DNA of 60,000 nt. Origin: Malacoraja senta (Eukaryota). The notes beneath the pieces are model-generated. The model saw only the letters and a list, made by a program, of their open reading frames with translations. It was not told the origin of the DNA and ran no database searches. Positions within the stretch are counted from its first letter, which is position 1; each line of letters starts with the position of its first letter. The stretch covers positions 13,828,001 through 13,888,000 of the forward strand of contig CM075988.1 in NCBI GenBank assembly GCA_038087875.1, written 5' to 3'. Position numbers and translations under genes: made by a program. Below are positions 48,881 to 60,000 of this stretch, piece after piece.

Positions 48881-49286
48881 CGGATGTATAGCAGATGGAG
48901 CCACACACATATATGATAAGATTGTGGGGAATGGTGTCAAACAACATGCTTGGTACAGAGGCATGTACAAGCAAATGGAGGAGATGGATGATGATACATG
49001 CTTCAGCTGCGATTACTCCCACTCTAAAAGAGTGTCTAAGGTTATTATGGATTAACTCCAAACAGGAATCCAAACATGGCTATGTGCCGGGATCCTATGC
49101 TGAATGCATAAGGCACGACGATCGCATGAGGGAAAGCAGTGGGCGTTGCCTCTAAATTTGCTGCTCAGTCGGAGATGGACTAGCCACTACAAGAGAAGTT
49201 GGCCAGCAGCATCAGCGGTCTAATGGAAATGACAACATGGCAGAGTCTGCGAATGAAATTTCATTGGAACTCCACCAAAGGTAAGA

Positions 49287-49930
49287 GTGGCAAGTCTGCT
49301 TGGAAAATTTGTGGCACCATTTCCGCAAGTTCAATATGGACCATTGCACTACGAACAGTTACAGAGGGCAAAGGAACAGGCACTTAGGATAAATTTGAGT
49401 CATTATAATAGACCCATGCAGTTATCAGCAGAGGTTGTTGCTGATTTGCAATGGTGGATTCAGCATGTGTCCAGTAGTTCGAGCAGAGTAGTGCTTGAGC
49501 AGCCTTCCATGATTTTGCAGACGGATGTCAGTGCACTCGGGTGGGGTGCCACGGATACGAGTTCAAGCTGTGGAGGCAGATGGACTGAGCAAGAGGCATC
49601 TCTTCTGCAGACATGGGGAATTAACTATTTAGAGCTTTTATAAGCTTTTTATGCACTTAAGGCTTATTGCTCTAACAAAGGTAACCTGCATGTTCAGTGT
49701 CAGATTGACAACACTATGGCAGTGGCGTATATTGATCACATGGGTGGAATCAAGTCGGTATCTTGTGACAGATTGGCTAATCAAATTTGGGCCTGGTGTA
49801 TTGATAAAGATATTTGGCTTTCAGCTATTTATCTACCAGGTAGATTCAACACTGTGGCAGACGCCAGGTCACGAGAGTTCCATGACAACACAGAGTGGAT
49901 GTTGAACCAGGAGGTGTTCAATAATATAGT
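49287..49930 (+). pseudogene. DIRS RT thumb plus RNase H remnant
   Basis: LLGKFVA.FP.VQYGPLHY, LQWW, LQTDVSALGWGA, INYLEL, DNT.AVAYI.HMGG, N.VADARSR. Confidence 0.9.
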
Positions 49931-50311
49931 AGTTACATATGGAATGCCAGATATCGATTTGTTTGCATCCAGGCTTCACCACCAGCTGCCTAAATATGTT
50001 TCATGGGAACCAGACCCGGGGGCAGTTGCAGTTGATGCTTTCTCGCTACATTTGGGGTGGTATGTTTTTATATATTTTTCCCACCATTCTGCCACATAGG
50101 TCGGTGTCTGCAAAAAATCAAGCATGATGCCGCTTCGGGGGTGCTTGTAATTCCTAATTGGCCGACTCAAGCATGGTTCCCTTTGATGTTACAGTTAGCG
50201 ATCCAACCTTCTTTGGTGGTTCCCAAGCGTAGAAATTTACTGGAGCACCCGGTAACACGGGAAAGTCATCTGTTATGTAACCGTATCGATTTGTTAATTT
50301 GCAGGTTTTAA
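49931..50311 (+). pseudogene. DIRS DNA N6-adenine methyltransferase-like (MT) domain remnant
   Basis: PDIDLFASR...DAFS..W....FPPF..I.R.L.KI.....LVIP.WPTQ.WFP. Confidence 0.85.
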
Positions 50312-51075
50312 GAAGGCCATACCTGGGGCGAGGACTGTCTGGGCGAACTGTGGACATGCTCACTGCAGCCTGGAGAAAGAGTACTCATAAGCAGTATATT
50401 ACTTATGTAAAAAATGGGAGCAATATTGTGTACAAAATAATATTGACTATAGTACTGCAGGTATTGTGGAAGTTTTAGAGTTCCTGTCGACACTCTACTA
50501 TGATGAGGGGCTCAGTTATAGCGCCATTAATACAGTTAGAAGTGCTTTGTCCTCGTATCTTTTAATGGGGTCAGGGAAAGATCCTGTTGGATCTCATCCT
50601 CTCATAGCTCGATTGATGAAAGGAATTTCCAACTCCAGACCTCCTAAACCCAGGTATATGGCGATCTGGGATGTAAGTGTGGTCCTCAAGATGCTTCGTC
50701 AGTGGGTTTCAAAATTGTGTTTTCAGCATCTCCTACTGATCCATGTTTATGTGTAAGGACACATTTATTGCATTATATTGAAGCTACAAGGGCCTTAAGT
50801 AATGTGGAAACAGGATTGTTATCAGTTACAAGAAACCACACAAGAGAGTGTCAGTGCAGACTATCTCAAGGTGGTTAAAGCAAGTGTTGATTCAGGCAGG
50901 TATTAACACTGACGTGTATACATCGTATTCCACTAATGCAGCAGCAAGGTCGGCAGCCAGGGCGATGGATGTTCCCATCGATCATATTCTTACAGGTGGT
51001 CAAATGAATTGGTTTTTCAACAATTTTTACCATCGGCCGATTGCTGATGGGGGCTGTTTGCAAATTCAGTATTAA
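50312..51075 (+). pseudogene. DIRS tyrosine recombinase remnant (internal deletion)
   Basis: AAWRKST.KQY, LEFLSTLY..GLSYSAINTVRSALS, P.PRY..IWDV, TISRWLK..L..AGI.....SYST.AA. Confidence 0.88.
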
Positions 51076-51260
51076 GGTCTGTTTAGTTTCCCCTGGGATA
51101 GAGGGGTTACTGTTTGTTTTGATTATTCAAATCAATTGTTACTGCATGATATTCAAATTTCATGTTTAACGCATTATTGATTGTTTCTCATCCGAAGTCA
51201 ATCAATGCAGTGAGAAGCCGGGATTTGAATCTGCGGCATAAAATCACAGAGCTTTGAACT

Positions 51261-51356
51261 CTTCACGTAGTCACTCACGTGACTCCGAAGTAAAATAGTA
51301 AGATTAAACGAGAACTTACCAGTTTGAAGTTTGATCTTTATTTTATGAGGAGTTAC
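51261..51356. repeat. DIRS internal complementary region (ICR)
   Basis: 51261-51296 is the reverse complement of 46852-46887; 51294-51356 is the reverse complement of 51536-51598. Confidence 0.93.
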
Positions 51357-52114
51357 ATTGATGATTACGTGCCCACCACGCCCAACCCTCTCTCTCATAA
51401 AAGGTCATATGGTAGTTCTCATGTTGCTCATCTTACTATGTTACTTCAAATATTCTGTTATCTGTGATTTCATACCGCTGCTTTGAAGATTGACGCGCAT
51501 GCGCCCTGACGGGTCTACTTCACGTAATCACCAACGTAACTCCTCATAAAATAAAGATCAAACTTCAAACTGGTAAGTTCTCGTTTAATCTTACTATTCA
51601 TGTCTGATTCAAGTTAAACCTATTGTGAAAGTGCAGCTCACACTTTCCCCATTACTGGTGCTGTATCTGTTGGTGAAACCATTTCTCCTACACCAGTTTT
51701 TGAGCCATACATTTAATTCTCTAATTCTTATAGATTAATTCTCAATTTACATGTGCAGTAATCCAGAAATTAGTACATTGGCTTTTACCTTTTAATTTGG
51801 TCACGAGCTGATTGCATTCCTTCAGTAAAACCTTCTTCTAAGTCCAATTATGTCCATAATTTCCACATGGACCACAACAAACACATTTTCACGTTCTATT
51901 CCAGCAATGAGAAGATGTCCTTTATTCCAGTTTAGGCCAGGTAACACAGACTTAAATATGTGGTCAGAGAATTATATCTATGTCCCTAATTAAACTGTCT
52001 CTATTACTCATTTCCTTTTACTCCTGACTTGAATCGCCATACTGCCGTAGTCAGCTTGATCACATACAGTCTACAGAGGCCTACAGTCTGTGCTCTCATT
52101 CGCACAGGCTCTAA

Positions 52115-52297
52115 AGGGCCTGTCCCACTTAGGCGACTGCCAGGGACTAGTTGTAATGGAACTCACCTACAACACCTGACGACAACCTACGACAGCAAAA
52201 ATTGTTGCCACTGTCGCCGAAAATGTTTCAACATGTTGAAAATTTTGCCGCAGTCGCCTGTAGTTGCCAAAAAAATTGCCTAAGTGGGACAGGCCCT
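52115..52297. mobile_element. PIF/Harbinger-type MITE
   Basis: TIR agggcctgtcccacttaggc / gcctaagtgggacaggccct with TAA TSD; same terminal 14 bp as 4953-5359. Confidence 0.9.
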
Positions 52298-52666
52298 TAA
52301 GAGTTTCATTGCAAGGTCTAAGTGTCCTCAATGGTTCAATTGTTCAATGTCACTTTATTGTCACATGTACCGAGGTACAGTGACATTCATTTTGTATACA
52401 GTTTTGTACAAGTATCACTCTACATAAGCACTTAGACACATCTTAGGTAAGCATGTTTTAAGGCCCTTAATTTAAGGTCTTCTAGATCCCCCATAAATCT
52501 TCTAGATTCCCATTCCTGCCTCACTATAGACATTCCATCTTGTCTCTCTTTCCAGACCAATTCTGAAACAATTAAAGTGGTGAAAATGTCTCTTGTAATA
52601 AAAACCTAGATTACTTTCCCCCTCCCTGATGAATGTTGGTGTCTGAATGACAGACTATAGCTCATC

Positions 52667-53600
52667 AAGACAAGACAAGACAACACAAGACAAGAGAGTT
52701 TTATTGTCATGTGTCCTAGATAAGACAATGAAATTCTTGCTTGCTGCAGCACAACAGAATATATAAACATAATACAGAACAGGAGATAAAAGTTCAGTCT
52801 ATATACCATAGACTATACATATATATACACAATAAATAAACAGATGCAATAGGCTGTTATTGTTCGAAGTTTGTTTTATGGCGAGTTTAATAGCCTGATG
52901 GCTGTGGGGAAGAGGCTGTTCCTGAACCTGGATGTTCCAGATTTCAAGCTCCTGTACCTTCTTCCCGATGGCAACGGAGAGATCAGTGTGTGGCCAGGAT
53001 GGTGCGGGTCTTTGATGATGTTGGCAGCCTTTTTGAGGCAGTGACTGCGATAGATCCCTTCGATGGTGGGTAGGTCAGAGCCGATGATGAACTAGGCAGT
53101 GGTCACAACTTTCTGCAATCTTTTCCGCTCCTGGACCTTTAAGTTACCGAACCAATCCACGATGCAACCAGTCAGTATGCTCTCTACTGTGCACCTGTAG
53201 AAGTTCGAGAGAGTCCTCCTTGACATACCGACTCTCCGTAATCTTCTCAGGAAGTAGAGGCGCTTCTTTATGATTGCATCAGAGTGCTGGGACCAGGAAA
53301 GATCTTCGGAAATATGCACGCCCAGGAATTTAAAGTTCTTGACCCTTTCCACCATCGTCCCTTTGATATAAATGGGATTGTTGGTCCCTATCCTACCCCT
53401 TCCAAAGTCCACAATCAGTTCCTTGGTTTTGCTGGTGTTGAGAGCTGGGTTGTTGTGCTGGCACCATTTGGTCAATCGGTCGATCTCACTTCTATACTCT
53501 GACTCATCACCATCAGTGATTCGTCCCACAACAGTGGTGTCATCGGCGAACTTGCTGATAGAGTTCGCACTATGTCCGGCTATGCAGTAATGAGTATAGA
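52667..53600 (-). mobile_element. Rex1/Babar LINE 3' fragment
   Basis: FADDTTVVG...LNTSKTKELIVDF...FKFLGVHI...RLYFLRRL; (tcttg)n tail. Confidence 0.9.
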
Positions 53601-54112
53601 GTTGCAGACAAATATTCAGATCTTATCACCATGGACCATAACAATTTCCAATAGCTCTCACATATTACACTGCAAAGCATCATCAAACCAAACTTCACTC
53701 TTTAACACTGTATTCAGAGCTTTCACAAAACATATTTAAGTTCTCGGGTACTTTGAGTTCTAGATGCGGATGGTAATGTTTGTTAACCAGTTCTAATTAG
53801 TTATCTCATTAACTGGGAGCCAAATGAGTTACTTGCTTCTCACTGTACACAAATTCTAAAATGTTAAGAAAATGTAATAGTAAAAGTGAAATAATCAAAT
53901 CAATATTTAAAATGAAATCACTTCCTTACTCCAAAAATCCACATGGGTGCAGCATGCCATGGTCAACTATATGGTTTTCTGAGCCATTTCAGAAGACAGT
54001 TAAGTCTCAGCCTCTTCGCTGTGAGTCTGGAGTCTCAAGGACTCTGATGTGAAAAAGGTGTTTCATGATAAGCCAGTCAAGTCATTGTCATAATTATTGA
54101 CAGTAGCTTTTA

Positions 54113-55800
54113 AATTTAGTTTAGTGTGGAGATACAGCATTGTAATAGGCCCTTCAATCCACTGAGTTTACACCAACCATCAATCACCCGTTCGCAATAG
54201 TTCTATGTTATCCCAATTTCTCATCCATTCTCTTGGTCCCATAGCAGAAGCGTCCACGTTGCGGGGCTGGAAGTCAGTCCGTGTGGGCAAGAACACTTCA
54301 GGCTCGATCACGCTGAGCACCGGCTCCCCTCAAGGCTGTGTGCTCAGCCCGCTGTTGTTCACATTGCTCACACATGATTGTGCTGCCAGATTCAGGGACA
54401 ATAAGATCATAAAATTCGCGGATGACACAACAGTGGTGGGACTCATCAGCGGAGATGATGAATCAATGTACAGGGAGGAAGTAAAACAACTAGTGGACTG
54501 GTGCGGCAAAAATAATCTAGAATTAAATGTCGACAAAACAAAGGAGATGGTCGTCGACTTCAGGAGGGCGCAGCCAAAGCATGCACCCCTTAACATCAGT
54601 GGCGCCACAGTGGAGAGAGTGGAGAGCATAAAGTTCCTCAGGGTGCAAATTACAGACAGCCTCACCTGGTCCAGAAACACCACTGGGACCGTCAAAAGGG
54701 CCCATCAGCGACTGCACTTCCTGAGGAAACAAAAACAGGCCTCACTCCCCACCAACATCCTCAGGACTTTCTACAGGGGTATGGTGGAGTCTGTACTCAC
54801 GTACTGTTTAAATACGTGGTACTCCACCTGCAACTGCTCGGACAGGAAGGCTCTGCAGAGGGTAGTGAGGGGAGCAGAGAAGATCATTGGCGTCTCCCTA
54901 CCCTCGGTACAAGATCTGTTCCTGAGCCACTGTCGGAAAAAAGCTCAGAGAATTGCTAAGGACAAACTGCACCCCCTCCACATACACCTGGATCTCCTGC
55001 CATCAGGCAAGAGATATCGCAGCATCAAAGCCCGGACTACAAGACTGCTAAACAGCTTCCTGCCATATGCTGTGAGGCTGCTAAACAGCCACTCTGTACT
55101 CACAGTCACCTGATTCTGCGGCTTGGCACAGACACTATAATAACTGGCACTGGCCACTTCAATAACTGGCACTGGCCACTCAAATCAGCCACCCCGGACA
55201 TGTTTATGATTGGTCTTACTGTATTTTAACGTTGTTTTTATCTATTTTAACTTTATACTGTTCCATCAGGGACTGGATTGTTTTTAGTGTTATTATGTGT
55301 GAAATGTTTTAAACTTCATGTGCGATGCTCCGGTATTCCCTGGGAAACGGCTTCTCGTTTTGCACTGCACAACTGTTGCTTGCAAGATGACAATAAAGGA
55401 ATTGAATTGAATTGAATTAAAGTATCCTGAGCTAATTCTGCTATCACCATCATCTATTACGACAAGTGATGGCTTCCGTTGATTGTCGCCAGAAGCTAAC
55501 GTCCTTTTCAGGACGGACGATGACAGCGAGGTCAACATTTGTAACAAGATGGACACGAAAAGGAGAAGAAGAAGAAGATCCACTCTCTACACACTAGGGG
55601 TAATTTACAGAGGTCAAATTAACCTACAAACCCGCACATCTTTGGGATGTGGGAGGAAACCGGAGCACCAGATGAAATCCACACAGCCACAGAGAGAATG
55701 TACAGACAAACAAACAGACAGTACCCAAGGTCAGGGTCGACCCTGGTTCTCTGGCGCTGTGAGGCAGCAGCTCTATCAGTTGCATCACTGTCACCCTAGC
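54113..55800 (-). mobile_element. V-SINE split by nested insertions
   Basis: Tail at 54113-54232; body and head at 55578-55800. Confidence 0.75.
54275..55418 (+). mobile_element. Rex1/Babar LINE 3' fragment with open RT C-terminal half
   Basis: TGSPQGCVLSPLLF, KFADDTT and LLPSGKRYRS in ORF 54205-55113; (attga)n tail. Confidence 0.92.
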
Positions 55801-56356
55801 TGTGTCACTGTGCTGCCCTATTTCACATACATTTGATTAGCTGAAGTTATATTTGCCTTCTACTGTGGCAGTCTTAGAAATCAGCTCTTAAGAACATTAT
55901 TTGGGTTATTGATCCTGTATCCTAACCACTATGATAGCATTCTCACATCTCATGGGTCTTCTCTGGATCCCCTGTTTTGTTCTGCTATAATGAGTGGGTG
56001 CTTCAATTTTTCACACAGAACAGCAGTCATTTTATTATCTCAGCAATATTTTCTCTTTTGAAGGCTCTTCATCAGTTGGAGTTCTATGAGCATTCACTGC
56101 TGCAACATTTTAAACTTAGTCACTTGGAGGCTAAAGCTGCTTGAACAATTAACTACAGTTTCAATAGCAATAATTAGCTACTAAACTTTGATGTTTTGGG
56201 GGTAGACAAGGAACTGTAGAATTACATATGTACACTGGGAGCATATTGTAGCTGCCAAGCCACCTCTGAATATGCAAACACCTTTGCTATGACAAAGTAA
56301 TTCATATAGATGCTTTAACAATGTCTGAGAACCGAGAACCCAGATGCCCAATATTA

Positions 56357-56552
56357 ACACAAGGAACTGCAGATGCTGTAATCTTGAGCAAAACACAAAA
56401 TGTTGGAGGAACTTGGTTGGTCAGGCAACCACTCTGAAGGAAATGGGCAGATGACATTGTGGGTCAATTCTGGGTCTGAAGAAGGAGTCTGTGCATTTCC
56501 CCCACAGATGCTGCCTGGCCCGCTGAGTTCCTTCAGCACTTTGTGTTTTGCT
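56357..56552. repeat. Fold-back MER6-like Penelope repeat
   Basis: aaggaactgcagatgctg arm and inverted cagatgctgcctggcccgctgagtt arm. Confidence 0.7.
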
Positions 56553-56917
56553 CTGTTGTTTTACATTCAGCTGATGCATTTACAAACAGTCTGTCTGTGT
56601 GCAACATACACTAGAACAGATATTATGAAGACTGGTTCTTGTTTTGGATTAATGGCTTCTTGCGTATGGGGTGCACAGCCTAAAGTTGTAGGACAACTTG
56701 TTCTATATGATCTATTTGATTGTGCACGTCGGGTTGATTGCATTAGTCAAAGCAGGGTGGACCACCTGAAGGTTGCAATCTCCAACCCTGAATTACTGGC
56801 TGCTGCATCATCTAACTTTATAACCACTGGATAATCCTTAGCATTGACCACACATTGTCTATATGCCCTTGAATGGGAGGGTGGTTGAATCAGTTGTTTT
56901 TTGTAATGCGAAGCCTC

Positions 56918-57597
56918 ATAGACAATAGACAATAGATAATAGGTGCAGGAGTAGGCCATTTGGCCCTTCGAGCCAGCACCGCCATTCACTGTGAACATGG
57001 CTGATCATCCACAATCAGTACCCCGTTCCTACCTTCTTCCCATATCCCTTGACTCTGCTATCTTTAAGAGTTCTATCTAACTCTCTCTTGAAAGCATCCA
57101 GAGAATCGGCCTCCACTGCCTTCTGAGGCTGAGAATTCCACAGATTCACAACTCTCTGGGTGAAAAAGTTTTTCCTCATCAATGTTCTAAAAAGGCCTAC
57201 CCATTATTCTTAAACTGTGGCCCTGGTACTGGACTCCCCCAACGTCGGGAACATGTTTCCTGCGTCTCGCGTGTCCAATCTCTTAATAATCTTGTATGTT
57301 TCAATAAGAATTCCTCTCATCCTTCTAAATTCCAGTGAATACAAGCCCAGTCACTCCATTCTTTCAACATATGACAGTCCCGCCATCCCAGGAATTAACC
57401 TCATGAACCTACGCTGCACCCTCAATAGCAAGAATGTCCTCTCTCAAATTAGGAGACCAAAACTGCACACAATACTCCAGGTGTGGTCTCACCAGGGCCC
57501 TATACAACTGCAAAAGAACCCCTTTGCGCCTATATTCAACTCCTTTTGTTATGAAGACCAACATGCCATTAGCTTTCTTCACTGCCTGCTGTACCTG
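56918..57597 (-). mobile_element. CR1 3' fragment
   Basis: Minus-strand CR1 ORF2 end and tail. Confidence 0.88.
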
Positions 57598-60000
57598 GAT
57601 GTTTACACTGAGAAGGCCACTGCATTCAAACCTAATCCAACTGATAACAATCAGGAGTGAAAAATGTTAGCTGGAAGAGACTTTCTCATACATATACTAC
57701 CAATATTGCGATTTTCATGAGTGATCTGTATGTATCATAAGCAAAGCTTGCCTGTTGTTTTTCTGATAAAGTTTAAGTGCAAGGATTTTTCCAGCATCAA
57801 CCTTTCCTCTTTGTTCTTTATTTCCTTCCTAATGTTACACAAGCTAGAAATCAAAAATGAAACCTTCAGATTACATGTGATTGAATGCTTGCCTCTTCCA
57901 GCATATGAGAAAAGCCCACTGTATTTTTATTGCTGTTAGAAACAAAAACATTCATAAAGCTTTTCTTTCCTGAATCACTGTTATCTTAGACATTATAAAA
58001 CCGGCAGCCACATAGCAGCATTGTAATTTATTTACACAGGTCCAGCAGATGATAGTTTATCTTTGGCAAAATGATAGTTTCATAAGCTGTCACATCCATG
58101 AGCATATTGCAATGATTGAAGACTTTGTGAAGCATCATTTAACAAGTTCAGTTGTGCTGTTGTACTTTTCAATAAATATGGGACTGGCATTATTATACAT
58201 TCATCAACCCTTCAAAATTTAGCTCCGCATAGCAATCTTTAGGTGCTTAAGGCTACTTTCAAAGTGTGTCTCCAAGCCTCCTGAAGTACTGAGCAAAATT
58301 AATTTGTAATTTAGTGCTGAAAGAAAATAGGATATGCCGATAAAAAAAGCAGCCCATTCAGTATCTTGGGTAAAGATAGGCTCACATTTCCAGTGTAATC
58401 TTTCAGATGAAATGTTAACCTCGGGTTTTTTTTTCCTTTTTGATGGAGTGATCTATTATGTATGACTATTAATTTCAAGTGTTCAATATTTACAATATAT
58501 TTAAGGGAGACAACTATGTATTTTATACTTCCAATGACTTCATGATGTTCCGAAGCACTTTGTATTGAATGCATTATTTGTTTTAAGTGTCATCATTATT
58601 TTAGTGTAGATAACATGTTGGCCAATTTGTGAACAAACACCAGGCAGATGACAACCAGATTGCCTGTTGCACTGATGTTGTTTGGATAAAAATTGACTGA
58701 GGCACTGAAGAAAATTCTAGGCCTTCACTTGACTTAGTGCCATGTGTAACCCAAGTGGGTAGATGAGGCCCCATCTGAACGTTTTCATTATACTGGAGGC
58801 TAGGCTGAATTCCATTATACTGGAGGTTTGCCTAGGTCGTGTGCTACCTTCCACCATTGTTATGCTTTGGGTGACTAATATGTTGATTTAAGGATACCTG
58901 CCTCACCTAATTCCCAGCTTCAATTCAGTTTTCTTCTCCTCCATGAAGATTGATGAAAACCCACCTAAGAAGATACATATCATGAGAGTGGATAATTCAA
59001 CAACATGGAGGAAAGATTGAAGGTTGGTAGTGCCCAACAGGATACTCGATGGAGGGGAGATGCTTTAACAAGAGTAGGCTGGCTCCGAACAGGAAACTAC
59101 ACTAAAAGGATTAACAGGTCAGATTGTTTCCCGAATGTGTACCCTTTATACACACAACCCCCTTGTGGGAGAATGGAATCTGAGGAATACATCTATGAAT
59201 ACATATATTTGTAGATGCTCATTGATGTAAAGGTGAAAGTTTTGATATCACAAGATCACAGATCTTTTCAATACAGAGGTCTATTCATCCCATTGTGCCT
59301 GTTCTGTCACTTTGCTATAACAATTCAAAACCTATCTCATGTCCATTCTCTGTCCTTTCAGTTATTTTAATTCTTCTGCTTTCATTCTACACATACCATT
59401 TAAAAAAATGAAATTTGCTGTCTATCTGTACTTGTGAATAAATAATTGGTCCTTCACCTTCCTGCATATGAAGGAGTCATGGAGTTAATTTTAAGAAAAT
59501 GTACAAAGCATATATCACCTCTGTAGAGGAGGTTACAAGACACTGAAATTTCACAGAGAGTCTTCTATTTTTTTCTGCACTAACCCTGATAGAAGACAAG
59601 GAGAACCGTCATGTACTTTCAGGACCACTTAATGCATTACACAAATTTTGATGTCTACTTATGCAACACAGACAGAAAATGTCACCTTCCCTTCATGCAA
59701 TTTTAATACAGTTTTTAAAAAAAGTCAGGCTTTTACTATTTGTAGAAAATGAAATGCCATTCTCCTCCATCTCGTCTTGGTTGACCTTAGGTAGCTTCAA
59801 CCTTCTCATCATGTGGCCAATTATCCATCCTTTTAATAACAATTTAAAGAAACTGCAGGTTGAAAATCTGAAATGAAGCAGGAAATGTTGAAAACACTTG
59901 CCAGGTGAGACGGCATCTTTGAAGAATGATACAGAGTTAGCCGGTCAGCTCCTGGATCCTTAACTCTAAAATGTAACTTTTTTTTTCTCTTTCCACAAGT

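Larger units (their letters stand above)
46852..51598 (+). mobile_element. DIRS1-type tyrosine-recombinase retrotransposon, coding-decayed and internally deleted
   Basis: Left ITR 46852-46914, right ITR plus extension 51491-51598, ICR 51261-51356 complementary to both termini, ATT at both junctions; RNase H, MT and YR remnants. Confidence 0.93.

Noticed and set aside
48401..49073. ORFs of 141-192 aa across the array as a zinc-finger or repeat protein
   Set aside because: Unit lengths of 89-91 shift the frame, there is no consistent C2H2 spacing, and open frames on both strands are expected from a stop-poor repeat.
47709..49140. Insert as a group I or group II intron
   Set aside because: GTGTG is present near the left junction, but I found no convincing domain V or P7 core.

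Overview
Eukaryotic, repeat-dense, AT-rich DNA with no convincing host protein-coding exon. The repeat content points to a cartilaginous fish, probably a skate or ray (inference): V-SINE/HE1-type SINEs sharing 3' tails with CR1 LINEs, Rex1/Babar LINEs, and Penelope-derived MER6-like repeats. Main elements: (1) a very young, full-length Gypsy (Mag-like) LTR retrotransposon at 10946-15630 on the minus strand, with 203-bp LTRs differing by 1 base, ATTTT target-site duplication (TSD), tRNA-Leu PBS and a 1240-aa gag-pol ORF; (2) a DIRS1-type tyrosine-recombinase retrotransposon at 46852-51598 with intact ITR/ICR ends but decayed, internally deleted coding regions; (3) a Penelope (GIY-YIG) fragment and many hammerhead-like Penelope-derived repeats; (4) two Harbinger-type MITEs, two solo LTRs and many nested LINE/SINE fragments. 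The most unusual feature is a ~1.35-1.4 kb segment inside the DIRS gag region (~47721-49100) that I cannot assign to any family. It carries a 14-bp direct repeat and a ~90-bp A/B tandem array whose units each fold into three hairpins with apparently compensatory stem changes, so it is a candidate structured-RNA array.
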